Shown one piece after another: positions 1 to 14,918 of a stretch of DNA of 64,000 bases; position 1 is the first letter of the stretch, and each line of letters starts with the position of its first letter. The stretch covers positions 30,876 to 94,875 of the forward strand of contig CAYPVK010000005.1 in NCBI GenBank assembly GCA_964414185.1, written 5' to 3'. This DNA is from an uncultured Lactobacillales bacterium. Its GTDB lineage: Bacteria > Pseudomonadota > Alphaproteobacteria > CAAHEQ01 > UBA3637. The position numbers were made by a program, and so were the translations under genes. The notes under the pieces were generated by a model. The model was not told the DNA's origin. It made no database searches and saw only the letters and a list, made by a program, of their open reading frames with translations.

Positions 1-1104
1 GCGGATTTTTTCCATTGCGGGCGTGCGTTGTAACATTTCACGGCTGACGTTGAGCGGCAAATCGCGCGTGTCGATAACGCCCGTCATAAAACGTAAAAAG
101 TTCGGCATCAATTCGGGTACATCGTCCGAAATAAATACGCGGTTGACGTATAGTTGCAAATTTGATTTGCGATCGGGTTGGAATAAATTAAACGGCGGTT
201 TTGTCGGACAGAACAGCAATGCCGTGTATTCAATGATACCTTCGGCCGTGTAATGCAAAGTCATCCACGGTTCATCAAAAGCATGCGAGATATTTTGGTA
301 AAAATCTTTGTACTGTTCGGGCGTAATGTCCGTTTTATTCCGCAACCACAGAGCCGATGCCGAGTTAATCGTTTCTTCTTTGCCGTCATTTTTAAGCACA
401 ATCGGAATCGAAATATGGTCGGAATATTGGCGCACCAAATGGCGCAAACGAATGGGTTCCAAATAATCCAAATCATCCGGTTTTAAATACAAGGTAATCG
501 AGGTGCCGAACGGCGCATCTTTGTCATCGGTAATCGTAAACGACCCTTCGCCGTCAGATTCCCATTTGTAACCCATGTTATCGCCCGCTTTTTTCGTGCG
601 AACAACCACTTTATCGGCCACCATGAACGATGCATAAAACCCGACGCCGAATTGCCCGATGAGCGCCATGTCTTTTTTCTTGTCGCCCGTCAGCATTTTA
701 ATAAATTCGGCGGACCCCGATCTTGCAATCGTCCCCAAGTGATTAATCAAATCATTCTTGTCCATCCCGATGCCGTTGTCGGTAACGGTCAATGTTTTTT
801 CCTTTTTATCCGGCGTTAAAATAATTTTAAAAACACCCGTGTCTTTGGCTAATTCCGGATGTGTCAAAAGGGCATAGCGCAACTTATCGCACGCATCGGA
901 TGCATTTGAAATCAATTCGCGCAAAAAGATTTCCTTATTGGAATAAAGCGAATGGATAACGATGTCCAGGACTTTGGCGACTTCGGCCTTAAATTCAATT
1001 TTCTCTGCGGTTTTAACGTCCATCTGTTCGGGAGAGGCGTTGCTTGTATCCTCACATACATTTGCTTTTGTATTCTTTTTTGTTTCGGATTTCTTTTCTT
1101 TCAT
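1..1104 (-). CDS. htpG: Molecular chaperone HtpG (Hsp90), N-terminal ~368 codons; the gene runs off the window start
   Basis: Reverse-strand translation from the ATG at 1104 gives MKEKKSETKK...LISNASDACDKLRY...DNGIGM...GQFGVGFYASFMVADKV, the GHKL/Hsp90 ATPase motifs. There is no stop before position 1, which is why the ORF track omits it. Confidence 0.9.
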   Translation of the reverse strand, partial: MKEKKSETKKNTKANVCEDTSNASPEQMDVKTAEKIEFKAEVAKVLDIVIHSLYSNKEIFLRELISNASDACDKLRYALLTHPELAKDTGVFKIILTPDKKEKTLTVTDNGIGMDKNDLINHLGTIARSGSAEFIKMLTGDKKKDMALIGQFGVGFYASFMVADKVVVRTKKAGDNMGYKWESDGEGSFTITDDKDAPFGTSITLYLKPDDLDYLEPIRLRHLVRQYSDHISIPIVLKNDGKEETINSASALWLRNKTDITPEQYKDFYQNISHAFDEPWMTLHYTAEGIIEYTALLFCPTKPPFNLFQPDRKSNLQLYVNRVFISDDVPELMPNFLRFMTGVIDTRDLPLNVSREMLQRTPAMEKIR

Positions 1105-1326
1105 ATCTTTTCTCCTTTATTGATTTATTGTTTGTATATAGGCGCCCGGCATAAAAAATGCAAGGGATAAATGCATGCTTTTGTATGTGCCGGATATGAA
1201 AACATACGGGCGTTTGAAAGTCTGAGACAAGATTTCTGTCTAAATTATTTACGCATTAAATCTTGCGCGGATGGCAAACTAATGCTATACATAGGGATAA
1301 CAAACAGCATTTCCAAAGGAGACAAA

Positions 1327-2958
1327 ATGGATATTAAAGCTATTAAAACAAAACCTTATATGGATCAAAAAACGGGTACGTCGGGATTGCGCAAAAAGGT
1401 CAAAGTTTACGCTCAGGAAAATTATGTTGAAAACTTTGTGCAATCCGTTTTTGATTCGTTGGAAGGGTTTGAAGGCAAAACTTTAATCTTAGGCGGCGAC
1501 GGGCGGTATTTTTCCGAACATGCCATCCAAGTCATTATGAAAATGGCGATTGCCAATCAATTCGGGCGAATCGTCGTCGGTCAAAACGGTATTTTGTCAA
1601 CGCCTGCTTTATCGCATTTGATTGTTAAAAGAGGCGCTTTCGGCGGGTTGGCTTTAACCGCTTCGCATAATCCCGGCGGCCCCGATCATGATTTCGGCAT
1701 TAAATATAATATTGCAACGGGGGCGGGCGCGCCGGATGCGTTGACCAATAAAATTATTGAACGCACGAAAGTCATTGACCGTTATTGGATGGTGGATATC
1801 CCCGATATTGACTTGTCGAAAATCGGCGAACAACAAATCGGGTCGATGATTGTTGAAGTGATTGATCCCGTTGATGATTATTTGGCATATATGCGGGAAA
1901 TTTTTGATTTTGATTTGTTGAAAAAATTATTTGCTTCCGATTTTACCTTTGCCTATGATGCGATGAACGCCGTGACGGGGCCCTATGCCAAACGGATTTT
2001 TGAACAAACGTTGGGTGCTAAAGAAGGGTCGGTTATGAATGCAAAACCGTTGCCCGATTTCGGCGGTTTGCATCCCGAACCGAATTTGACCTATGCCAAA
2101 CATGTTGTGGATTTGGCCTATTCGGACAAAGCGGCCGATTTTACGGCGGCGTCTGACGGGGATGGAGACCGCTATATGATTTTGGGGAAAAGCTTTTTCT
2201 TAAATCCGTCCGATTCGTTGGCGGTTATGGCACGGTTTTTGGATCGTATTCCTTTTTACAAAGGAAAAATGTACGGCGTGGCGCGCACAATGCCGACTTC
2301 CGCGGCAACGGATGCCGTCGCGCGGGCAGAAAATTTGCCGTTGTATGAAACGCCGACTGGTTTTAAATATTTCGGCAATTTGTTGGATGCCAAGCTTATT
2401 TCATTATGCGGCGAAGAAAGTTTCGGCAGCGGGTCTTCCCATTTGCGTGAAAAGGATGGTTTATGGGCGATTTTGGTTTGGTTGTCGATTGTTGCGATGA
2501 CGGGCAAATCGGTTGAACAAATCATGCGCGAACATTGGGAAAAATACGGCCGTGTTTATTGTTCGACACATAATTATGAAGAATTGGAAGCCGATGCGGC
2601 CAACACGATGTTGCAAGCGTTAAACGATAAATTGGGTACTTTGGTCGGTACCGAGTATGCCGGTTTAAAAGTAACCAAAGCGCATATTTTCGATTACGAA
2701 GATCCCGTTACGCATGAAAAGGTCGAAAATCAAGGCTATGAAATCCATTTTGATGGCGGCTGTCGATTTGTTTGCCGATTATCGGGCACAGGATCTGTCG
2801 GGGCTACGTTGCGCGTTTATTATTCAAAAGAAACGACCGATAAAAAATTGTTGAACGAAAATGTGCAAGATATGTTGGCCGATGTTATTGCCGCTTCAAA
2901 AGAGATTTTGGAAATTAAAAAGTATGTCGGGCGCGATGTTGCTTCCGCCATCACTTAA
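1327..2958 (+). CDS. pgm: Phosphoglucomutase, alpha-D-glucose phosphate-specific
   Basis: The track ORF is 1171..2958. The likely start is MDIKAIKTKPYMDQKTGTSGLRKK at 1327, preceded by AAGGAG. The active-site signature TASHNPGGPDHDFGIKYN and a GDGDGDR metal-binding loop are present. Confidence 0.85.
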   Translation: MDIKAIKTKPYMDQKTGTSGLRKKVKVYAQENYVENFVQSVFDSLEGFEGKTLILGGDGRYFSEHAIQVIMKMAIANQFGRIVVGQNGILSTPALSHLIVKRGAFGGLALTASHNPGGPDHDFGIKYNIATGAGAPDALTNKIIERTKVIDRYWMVDIPDIDLSKIGEQQIGSMIVEVIDPVDDYLAYMREIFDFDLLKKLFASDFTFAYDAMNAVTGPYAKRIFEQTLGAKEGSVMNAKPLPDFGGLHPEPNLTYAKHVVDLAYSDKAADFTAASDGDGDRYMILGKSFFLNPSDSLAVMARFLDRIPFYKGKMYGVARTMPTSAATDAVARAENLPLYETPTGFKYFGNLLDAKLISLCGEESFGSGSSHLREKDGLWAILVWLSIVAMTGKSVEQIMREHWEKYGRVYCSTHNYEELEADAANTMLQALNDKLGTLVGTEYAGLKVTKAHIFDYEDPVTHEKVENQGYEIHFDGGCRFVCRLSGTGSVGATLRVYYSKETTDKKLLNENVQDMLADVIAASKEILEIKKYVGRDVASAIT

Positions 2959-3046
2959 AATTTGTAATCCCAAAAAAGGGTATAATTCGGGGATTGATTA
3001 AAAAAACGGGCGTTTTTTCAAACACCCGTTTTTAATTTGCGGCAAA

Positions 3047-4855
3047 TTATTTTTCAACGGCGCGTTCCAAGCGATATTCCAATAAATCCAATTCGGCATT
3101 AAAATCTTTCGGTCGCCGTGTGAATGTTTTTAAATAATCGCGTTGAGCTCGTACGTCTTCAAGAGCTGTTTTCGCATCGACGTCCATCAATGCTTCAAAC
3201 GCTCGGACGGACATATCCAAACCGCGCCAGTCCAAATCACCGTGAGCCGGCATCCAACCCGACGTTGTTTCAACCGCCCCTTTTTGTCCGTTTGCGCGAC
3301 CCGCTATCCATTCAAGAACACGCATGTTTTGTCCGTATCCCGGCCACATAAATTTGCCGTTTTTATCTTTTCGAAACCAATTGACACGGAAGATAAGAGG
3401 TTTGTGTTTCAGCTTAGCCCCCATATCAAGCCAATGTTGCCAATAATCGCCCATGTTATAGCCGCAAAACGGCAACATTGCGAACGGGTCGCGGCGAATT
3501 TCGCCCATTTTGCCTTCGGCAGCCGCCGTTTTTTCCGACCCCATTGTGCTGGCCAAATACACACCGTGTTGCCAATTAAAGCTTTGGTAAACCAACGGTG
3601 TATTGGTTGCCAATCGGCCGCCGAACACAAACGCGTCAATGGGTACGCCGGCGGGATTTTCCCAATCTTTGTCAATGGTCGGGCATTGTGCGGCGGGTGC
3701 CGTAAAACGAGAATTCGGATGTGCCGCGGGCGTATCGGATTTCGGTGTCCAATCATTGCCTTGCCAATCAATTAAATGTTTCGGCGGCGTATCTGTCATG
3801 CCTTCCCACCAAACGTCGCCGTCATCGGTTAATGCAACGTTTGTAAAAATCGTATTGGCGCGACAAGAATCCAATGCGTTTTTATTTGTTTTTTTCGACG
3901 TGCCGGGGGCTACGCCGAAGAAGCCCGCTTCGGGATTGATAGCATACAATTTGCCGTCTTTGCCCGGTTTAAGCCAAGCAATATCGTCGCCGACCGTGGT
4001 TACTTTCCAACCTGTCATGGCTTTCGGCGGGATAATCATTGCCAAATTCGTTTTGCCGCAAGCGGACGGGAAAGCCCCGCAAATATAGGTTTTTTGTTTG
4101 CCTTTTTGCACACCGACAATCAACATATGTTCGGCAAGCCATCCTTCGTCGCGTGCCATTGTCGAAGCGATTCGCAACGCCAAACATTTTTTGCCCAACA
4201 ACGCGTTGCCGCCGTACCCGCTGCCGACCGAAATAATTTCACGCGTTTCGGGGTAATGTGTAATGTATGTATTTTCGGGATTGCACGGCCAAGGCACGTC
4301 TTTTTCGCCTTTTTTCAGCGGTGCCAATACCGAGTGCATACATTTGACAAAATCGCCGTTCCCAAGGACTTTCCATACGGCTTTGCCCATGCGTGTCATG
4401 ATGCGCATATTGGCGACCACATACGGCGAATCGGTAATTTCAATACCGATTTGGGCGATTTTTGACCCCAACGGCCCCATTGAAAACGGAATGACATACA
4501 TTGTACGGCCGTGCATGCACCCTTTCATCAATTTTGTTAAAGTGGCTTTCATCTTTTTGGGATCCGCCCAATTGTTCGTCGGGCCGGCATCAATTTCTTT
4601 TTCACAGCATATGAACGTGCGCGATTCGACCCGCGCAACGTCTTTCGGATTGGATCGGGCCAAAAAACTGTTCGGGCGCAATTTTTCGTTGAGTTTGATA
4701 AAAGTGCCCGATGCAACGAGTCCGTCACAGATTTTTTTATATTCTTTTTCTGACCCGTCACACCAATAAACGGCATCGGGTTCGCATAAATCCGCCATTT
4801 CTTGGACCCATTGAATGACTTTTTTATTTGTTGTCGGCAATAATTTTTTTGGCAT
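3047..4855 (-). CDS. pckG: Phosphoenolpyruvate carboxykinase (GTP-dependent)
   Basis: 602 aa. It carries [12 protein letters not shown] (GTP-PEPCK kinase-1a) and the length and architecture of the GTP-type rather than the ATP-type PckA. Confidence 0.9.
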   Translation of the reverse strand: MPKKLLPTTNKKVIQWVQEMADLCEPDAVYWCDGSEKEYKKICDGLVASGTFIKLNEKLRPNSFLARSNPKDVARVESRTFICCEKEIDAGPTNNWADPKKMKATLTKLMKGCMHGRTMYVIPFSMGPLGSKIAQIGIEITDSPYVVANMRIMTRMGKAVWKVLGNGDFVKCMHSVLAPLKKGEKDVPWPCNPENTYITHYPETREIISVGSGYGGNALLGKKCLALRIASTMARDEGWLAEHMLIVGVQKGKQKTYICGAFPSACGKTNLAMIIPPKAMTGWKVTTVGDDIAWLKPGKDGKLYAINPEAGFFGVAPGTSKKTNKNALDSCRANTIFTNVALTDDGDVWWEGMTDTPPKHLIDWQGNDWTPKSDTPAAHPNSRFTAPAAQCPTIDKDWENPAGVPIDAFVFGGRLATNTPLVYQSFNWQHGVYLASTMGSEKTAAAEGKMGEIRRDPFAMLPFCGYNMGDYWQHWLDMGAKLKHKPLIFRVNWFRKDKNGKFMWPGYGQNMRVLEWIAGRANGQKGAVETTSGWMPAHGDLDWRGLDMSVRAFEALMDVDAKTALEDVRAQRDYLKTFTRRPKDFNAELDLLEYRLERAVEK

Positions 4856-4953
4856 AAGTTCCTCCTTTTGTTGATTGATAAGAACAGTCTAAGCATCTTT
4901 TTTTTTGATGTCAAATCGAAATGGACGAATTTTAAGCAAAAAAAACTTTCATT

Positions 4954-5745
4954 ATGTGTAAAAATAAAGTCATGATAAAAAACATGACAAAATTAAATAA
5001 ACTTCTTTTACTAAATTCAAACAATCCATCGCATATTCAAAATGCTCTTCAAGAAAACGGTTTTGCCCAAGTGACGCAAAGCGGGCGTATCTGTGTGCCG
5101 TTTGCCCCTTCAAATATTCATGTTTCCCAAAAGGGGAATCGTCTCGGCACGACTTTGCAACAATTTTCGCAAACGGATGCAGATGCTTCGGCAAAGAAAC
5201 GGCCGGTATATTCCAAAGAACAAGTGCGTATCGGTACACAACGGTTCCGTATAGTGCGGATTGTCAGACGGAACAAAAAAGAATTTACGGCAATTATCCG
5301 AGCGTTTGAAGTTTTGGCACAAACGCCGACCGGACGGCAAACATTGTTGACAATCCCCGAATCGGCTTCATATGCCGTGTCAAAGTTGCCGTCAATGGCT
5401 CAAATGTGCGGTAATAAACGACAAATTATTTTTTCTGATGACAAAAGTTTGTATAAACGCTCGTTAGCCGAAACGGTTGATACCGTCGGGCATGAATATA
5501 CGCATTTGGTTAACCATCGAAACATTTACGGTAAAAATTTTGAAGAAACAGAAGCCGATTTTTTCACCATTAAAATACTGGATGAAATAATGGCATGGAT
5601 GCAAGCGTCGCAAATGGTTCATGAAGCGCGCGAAATGGAATTGTTGCCGTGCAAATCGAACAGTCGTCCGTTGACGGTCAGTCAAGCTTTTGATGAAACG
5701 TTATCGTGCGGTTTATCCCGATATGTTTATTTTGTCAATTTGTGA
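4954..5745 (+). CDS. Hypothetical HExxH-motif protein (putative zinc metalloprotease-like), no signal peptide; probably disrupted near its 3' end
   Basis: Contains VGHEYTHLVNH followed by EETEADFF. The body is homologous to the downstream 6056..7024 protein, and the homology continues in a different frame in ORF 5690..6013. Confidence 0.35.
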   Translation: MCKNKVMIKNMTKLNKLLLLNSNNPSHIQNALQENGFAQVTQSGRICVPFAPSNIHVSQKGNRLGTTLQQFSQTDADASAKKRPVYSKEQVRIGTQRFRIVRIVRRNKKEFTAIIRAFEVLAQTPTGRQTLLTIPESASYAVSKLPSMAQMCGNKRQIIFSDDKSLYKRSLAETVDTVGHEYTHLVNHRNIYGKNFEETEADFFTIKILDEIMAWMQASQMVHEAREMELLPCKSNSRPLTVSQAFDETLSCGLSRYVYFVNL

Positions 5746-6013
5746 AAAACGGCATATTTCTCCCTTTTTATTGGTACAATCCGAACATGCGCATTCGGAT
5801 TATTTCAAGCAAAAGGCTATCCCGTATTTTTTATCGGCATATCCGGCTTTAAAAGAAGAATCGTTATTGAAAAATATTGAATCTCTTTATAAAAAATCAA
5901 TTGCAAAAAGGGTCGGAGAATTGATTTCGACGGGATGCAAAATTCCTCCCGCAATGGTGGCGGCCTCGGGCGAAAAGGGCGTTAAGCGCATATATGAAAC
6001 GGTAAAATTTTAA
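5690..6013 (+). pseudogene. Out-of-frame C-terminal continuation of the 4954..5745 gene (frameshifted paralogue of the 6056..7024 gene)
   Basis: YPDMFILSICEK...DYFKQKAIPYFLSAYPALK aligns with FMPDIFEILQK...AFYEIQSAYFELHPELK of the downstream protein. The two ORFs overlap by 56 nt. Confidence 0.3.
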
Positions 6014-6055
6014 AAATTTTTAAGTATGTAATTAATCATAAACAAGGTAACGCGT

Positions 6056-7024
6056 ATGTATAAAGGGCCTTATGCTGATTTGATTTTTAAAGAAGAAGAA
6101 AATTTCATCGCACCGAATGGCGAATTAAAGGCGCATGTGGAAATTTTAAAGAAAAACGCTCAATCTTGTTTAATCGCCGGATTTGAAAAAGCAACACCTG
6201 CACAAAATAAAAAACGGTATCGGGCGCTTTGCGAAGCATTGGATAATTTATACCAAATAAATATCGGGCGCCAAATTTTGATGCAATTGACCCAAAATGT
6301 AACGTTGGTCAGTTTAAAAGCCGAACCGGATGGCCCGTTTGCGGGAGTGCACGGCATTTCTTGGGGACATTTGGAATTAGCCGACATTACACCCGATACA
6401 TTGTTAAAATGCCCATACTATGAAACGATGGAAGCTGTCGCGCATGAATTGATGCATATTGCTCATTATTATTTGGAACAAGATGTGTTGAATGAAGTTC
6501 GGCAAGCGGACGGGCGCGATTTAACGGATGAATTGCAACATGCCGATGAAGCGTATCATTTAAATGCGTATGATTTATTTACTTTAAGGTTTTTAAATGA
6601 AGCGGGCGCTTATTTAACCGGGCAAAGCGTGGCGTATTGTTTTATGCCCGATATTTTCGAAATTTTACAAAAAACAAAAAAGATGGCATTTTCTTTAAAC
6701 CCGTTGTTGCGCAATGACATTTATTGGCGGGAAAATTATCAGGAAACCTTAGAGCGCATTTCGCAATCGGCGGACAGGGAACAAGAATTGGCGACACATC
6801 ATACTAAAGCTTTTTATGAAATTCAAAGCGCTTATTTTGAATTGCATCCTGAACTTAAAAACGCCCGCTTGACAAGGTATATTCACAAAGGGTTTAAAAT
6901 GTTATCCGATGCCGTTTTGAAAGATATGCATGTTTGTGACGAAAAAAAGTTGATGCCCGCACGCTCTTTGTCGGCGTTTATAAGACCCTTGTCCCGCATT
7001 TGGTCGAAACGGTTCAAAAATTAA
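6056..7024 (+). CDS. Hypothetical HExxH-motif protein, intact paralogue of the upstream gene
   Basis: 322 aa with AVAHELMHIAHYY followed by an acidic DELQHADEAYH segment. No signal peptide. Sits in an AT-rich context. Confidence 0.4.
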   Translation: MYKGPYADLIFKEEENFIAPNGELKAHVEILKKNAQSCLIAGFEKATPAQNKKRYRALCEALDNLYQINIGRQILMQLTQNVTLVSLKAEPDGPFAGVHGISWGHLELADITPDTLLKCPYYETMEAVAHELMHIAHYYLEQDVLNEVRQADGRDLTDELQHADEAYHLNAYDLFTLRFLNEAGAYLTGQSVAYCFMPDIFEILQKTKKMAFSLNPLLRNDIYWRENYQETLERISQSADREQELATHHTKAFYEIQSAYFELHPELKNARLTRYIHKGFKMLSDAVLKDMHVCDEKKLMPARSLSAFIRPLSRIWSKRFKN

Positions 7025-7231
7025 GGGTATAAATGTCGGCACATCACCTTTTTTTTGCGCATTTGTTTTTCCGAATGCCGCCTTTGTCGAAATTAAATCC
7101 GAAAAAAGTAAGTTTTCAACAAAAGCATTTGTATCTTATCGTGACACGAATTTGTTAATTTTAAATAAAAAAGTTGAAATTATTTAAAAATATCTCTAAG
7201 ATGTGGATAGATAAGAAAAAGGGAAAATTTC

Positions 7232-7981
7232 ATGATGAAAAAATGGCTGTTGATTGGATTTTTGGGCGTGTTTTTGTCTGCTTGTGCCGCCGACAACACG
7301 ATCCCCGACCGTCCGCCCGAAGAATTGTATAAAGAGGGGATGCGCCTGTTTGATGAAACCGATTATGACGAAGCGGCGCGTTATTTCGATGAAATCGAAC
7401 GCCAACACCCTTATTCCGAATGGGCGGCGCGTTCGCAAATCATGGCGGCGTATGCTTTTTACCGCAAAAACCAATATGACGATGCGATTTTGGCATTGGA
7501 CAGGTTTATCCAGTTGCACCCCGGCAATAAAAATACGCCGTACGCTTATTATTTAAAAGGTTTGTGCTATTATGAACAAATGAGCGATATTGCCCGTGAA
7601 CAACAAATGGCAATCGATGCCAAAGATACGTTCCAAGAATTAATTGCCCGTTTTCCCGATTCCGTGTATGTTGCCGATGCAACGGCCAAGCTCGGGTTGA
7701 TTGAGGACAATTTGGCGGGTAAAGAAATGGCCGTCGGCCGGTATTATTTAAAAACGCATGAGTACTTGGCCGCGATGAACCGATTCCAAAACGTTATCAC
7801 GTATTATGCGTCAACCAACCAGGCGGATGAAGCTTATTACCGGTTGGCGGCTTGTTATGTATCGCTCGGCATGATGAAACAAGCGCGTGAATTGGCACTT
7901 GCGCAGGAAAATTTATATAAAGGCAGCAAATGGGCAAAACGGACGCTTTCTTTGTTGCAGAAATACGGTAAGGCAAAATAA
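7232..7981 (+). CDS. bamD: Outer membrane protein assembly factor BamD (lipoprotein, TPR-like)
   Basis: Signal peptide with lipobox FLSAC followed by TPR-like repeats. The N-terminus PEELYKEGMRLFDETDYDEAARYF is typical of BamD/ComL. Confidence 0.8.
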   Translation: MMKKWLLIGFLGVFLSACAADNTIPDRPPEELYKEGMRLFDETDYDEAARYFDEIERQHPYSEWAARSQIMAAYAFYRKNQYDDAILALDRFIQLHPGNKNTPYAYYLKGLCYYEQMSDIAREQQMAIDAKDTFQELIARFPDSVYVADATAKLGLIEDNLAGKEMAVGRYYLKTHEYLAAMNRFQNVITYYASTNQADEAYYRLAACYVSLGMMKQARELALAQENLYKGSKWAKRTLSLLQKYGKAK

Positions 7982-7987
7982 AAACGA

Positions 7988-11831
<3,844 letters not shown>

Positions 11832-11877
11832 AAATATGGTTATGATTGAAAAAAAATTTAATTATGAGGGGGCGAAG

Positions 11878-14610
11878 ATGGACGATTTCGACAAGCAGTT
11901 TTCGAACAGATATCCAAGCGGGCAGGATAATCAATTTTTTGCACCGCAGCCGCCGCAGCCTGCCGAGCCGCCGTTTGATGCTTCGTCGTCGTTGGAACCC
12001 GAAGAAATTCAGCAGCAACCCGAAAATGATTTATTGGCGCAAATTTCCGCTAATGATGCCGAAGAGGAAGCCAAACGTTCCAAATCTTCGCATTCTTATA
12101 TGATGGAATTTGTCGTCTTGTTTATGAAGATGACTTTCATATTGGACGACGCCAGACGCAAATACCATAAAATTTTTGATGTTCTGGCTTTTGTTTGGGC
12201 CGGGATTATGAGCGTGATTTACGCGGGCGGTTTGGCGATGTTGATTTTGCTTGTTTATACCTATATCCAATTTCCCGCCGTTTTGCAGGAAAATTTGGAA
12301 CGCCAGGGGATTAAGGTTAAAGATTTTAAAGTCGACAATTATACATTTTCGTTGATTGAGCTGGACGATTTGGTCGGTGTCGACGATATGTTTACGATTA
12401 AGAAAATGTCGATTCATTCCACTTTTTCCGATTTTATCAAACGCCGTGTCAAATCGGTAACTTTGGATGGTGTGCGTATTAAAATCAAAGCATCTAAAAA
12501 AGGGTTTGAGTTGGGAACATTGCCCAAAACGCTTGTTACGTTGAATCACAGTCCGTTGACAAAAACCGTCAAAGTGGACAATTTAATGATTCAAAATGCC
12601 GTTTTGGAAATTAACGGCCAAGATTTTACATTGCCGGTTTCTTTTTCGTTGACGGGTATTTATGAAAAAGATTCCAAAATTTCGATGCCGATTTATATCA
12701 AAGAAAAAAATGTCAATGCCGTGGGTACGCTTGATATTAACGGCAATATCAAGGAAATGACGTTTACGTTTGAAATTAAGGCCGGGACATTGACATTGCC
12801 GCGCCGTTCGCCCGAAAATATTTCGGGAAAAATTGATGTTTTGACAAAGAATATGAGAATTGTTCGTATTCAAGGCGATGCCACAATGTCATACGGCGAC
12901 AATGCCAAAAAATTGCAATTGAATTTAGATCGTTCGAACAATGATCTCTACAAAGGAACGCTTGATTTTTCGTATGCCAGCTCTGACTCGTACGGCAAAG
13001 AAAAAGATGTGCAGATGACGGCTTCTTTGAATTTTGACGGCATTGCGATTACGAAAGAAAATCAAATTCTGTCGGATAAAACAATTAAAATTGTTGTGCA
13101 AAATTTCCAAAAACAAGGTCTCAACCTGTCTAATTTCAGTGCTACCTTAAACGGCCAGTTGAAATGTAAAGAAATGATGTGCGGCTATAGAATCAAACGT
13201 TCTTCCCCCGTTTTTATTCGCGAATCATCATTATTGTTTAACGGGGATACGATTCGTTCGTCCGGAGAATACTCTTTCTTGCTTGCTCCCAATAACCGTC
13301 AGACTGTTATGTGGCGCAATAACCGTGTTGCGTTTGATGTTTCGGTGGAAAGGATGAATTTTTCGGGATTCCGCAATTCTCAAATATCTCCCGTTTCTTT
13401 GACGATACCGTCGGGGGCGTACAAAGGGGAGATCAATTTGGCCCAAGGGACTCAGACAATGTCCGTCAATGTGCAGGATACCAGTATTAAAACGCCCGAA
13501 TTTTCGGCTTCAAAAGTCGCATTCAAAAGTACCGATTTATTCAATGAACGTGCCCGTATAGAAATTAATGCCGGCAATGTTGAATTGACCGAAAGTGAAA
13601 TTTTCAGACAGCCGTTTAAATTGACATTGGAGCAAACGGGTTTGGATACAAAAGCTTTAATCAGCATGTCGGACAATGCAATACGTTTGTCTTTTTCCGG
13701 TGCCGCACGATTGTTGTCGGGCGAATTCAGAGGGAACGTTTTCTTGCATGAATTTGATTTAAGCCAAATTAATACACCGTTGAATCGAGTTTCATCGTTA
13801 TTCCCTGAATTTATGCAAAATGCCAAAGGGAAAATCGGTGCACTCGGTACCGTTTATTGGAAAAATGCCAGACAAATCACGGGGCCGTTGTATGTTTCGT
13901 TAAAGGATGTCGGCTTCGGCGTTAACGGTTGGTCGGTTGAAGGGCTTAACACCGTTTTAACATTGCAAAGTTTGGAACCGTTAGTAACGCCTTCGGGTCA
14001 GAAAATTTTTATTTCTGATTTTAAAGGGCCGATTGTTTTGCAAAATATTGTGCTCGACGGTAAGGCGGACAGCCAATTCTTTAAACTTAATAAAGCCGAT
14101 GCAACGTTATCGAATGTTCCTTTGAAGGCCGATTCGGCGTTGATTCCTCGCAAAACAACAAACGTGACGGTTTTTTTCAAAAACAATTCGGTCAATTGGA
14201 CGGATGCTAACGGCGGATTGGATTTGGACGGAATGCTTATAAGCGGCCGTGGCAGTGTGTTGTTGCCGATTGAATTCCGCGACGGCCGTGCCAATATTAA
14301 AAATGCCGAAATCAAAATGTCCGACGGCGATATGGATTTGTCGAAACTGACGAATAAAAAGCTTAAAGCCTATTTCGGCGATGCAACGCGTTACGTTGTT
14401 CGTACCGGTACGATTTCGCTTAACTCTTCCGATACGGATGAAAACATGACAACCGTCAATATTTCATTGGACGGCCGTTTAATACCCGGACAACAAATTA
14501 AAACCGTTCGTGAAAATTTGGAAGAGAACCTGACAAAATATATTCGCATGACGACGCCGCAGGCCGTTCCGGAAGATATTTTGAAAAAACAACAAATTAT
14601 TGCCAAATAG
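11878..14610 (+). CDS. Large membrane-anchored beta-rich protein, AsmA/TamB-like architecture
   Basis: The track ORF starts at 11782 and overlaps ligA. The plausible start is MDDFDKQF at 11878, after GAGGGGG. It has a Pro/Gln-rich N-terminus, one TM helix (VLAFVWAGIMSVIYAGGLAMLILLVY) and about 800 aa of repetitive beta-strand-like sequence. Confidence 0.45.
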   Translation: MDDFDKQFSNRYPSGQDNQFFAPQPPQPAEPPFDASSSLEPEEIQQQPENDLLAQISANDAEEEAKRSKSSHSYMMEFVVLFMKMTFILDDARRKYHKIFDVLAFVWAGIMSVIYAGGLAMLILLVYTYIQFPAVLQENLERQGIKVKDFKVDNYTFSLIELDDLVGVDDMFTIKKMSIHSTFSDFIKRRVKSVTLDGVRIKIKASKKGFELGTLPKTLVTLNHSPLTKTVKVDNLMIQNAVLEINGQDFTLPVSFSLTGIYEKDSKISMPIYIKEKNVNAVGTLDINGNIKEMTFTFEIKAGTLTLPRRSPENISGKIDVLTKNMRIVRIQGDATMSYGDNAKKLQLNLDRSNNDLYKGTLDFSYASSDSYGKEKDVQMTASLNFDGIAITKENQILSDKTIKIVVQNFQKQGLNLSNFSATLNGQLKCKEMMCGYRIKRSSPVFIRESSLLFNGDTIRSSGEYSFLLAPNNRQTVMWRNNRVAFDVSVERMNFSGFRNSQISPVSLTIPSGAYKGEINLAQGTQTMSVNVQDTSIKTPEFSASKVAFKSTDLFNERARIEINAGNVELTESEIFRQPFKLTLEQTGLDTKALISMSDNAIRLSFSGAARLLSGEFRGNVFLHEFDLSQINTPLNRVSSLFPEFMQNAKGKIGALGTVYWKNARQITGPLYVSLKDVGFGVNGWSVEGLNTVLTLQSLEPLVTPSGQKIFISDFKGPIVLQNIVLDGKADSQFFKLNKADATLSNVPLKADSALIPRKTTNVTVFFKNNSVNWTDANGGLDLDGMLISGRGSVLLPIEFRDGRANIKNAEIKMSDGDMDLSKLTNKKLKAYFGDATRYVVRTGTISLNSSDTDENMTTVNISLDGRLIPGQQIKTVRENLEENLTKYIRMTTPQAVPEDILKKQQIIAK

Positions 14611-14918
14611 CGCAAACGGGATTCTCGTTAAAAATGCGTAACGCAAGGAAAAGCGGCAGTTGTCAGCAACAGGGGAAGCGGAATTCGGAAAAAGTCGCGC
14701 TTCGGGTGTCGAAAGTGTGTGTCGTAGCGAAAAAATGGTTCGGGATATAAAAATAACGGATTGAAAACCGGTTGAAAAATGATATTTATCAAACGGGCAT
14801 ATAAAAATATTGCTTGCTTTTTTTTATAAATGTGGTATAAGAAAGTCCTTATGTGAAATGTGGGTTTGTTTTTTTTAGAACAAACCGCAATGAAAACTGT
14901 AGAAAAGAGAGAATTACA

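Noticed and set aside
3143-3775. 210-aa plus-strand ORF (and several other 60-170-aa ORFs) lying inside the minus-strand pckG gene
   Set aside because: Entirely antisense to a confidently assigned conserved gene, with no motifs. These are typical spurious antisense ORFs. The same reasoning applies to 9236..9772 (antisense to the recN/ligA junction), 12031..12549, 21399..21872, 41651..42133 and 46039..46560.
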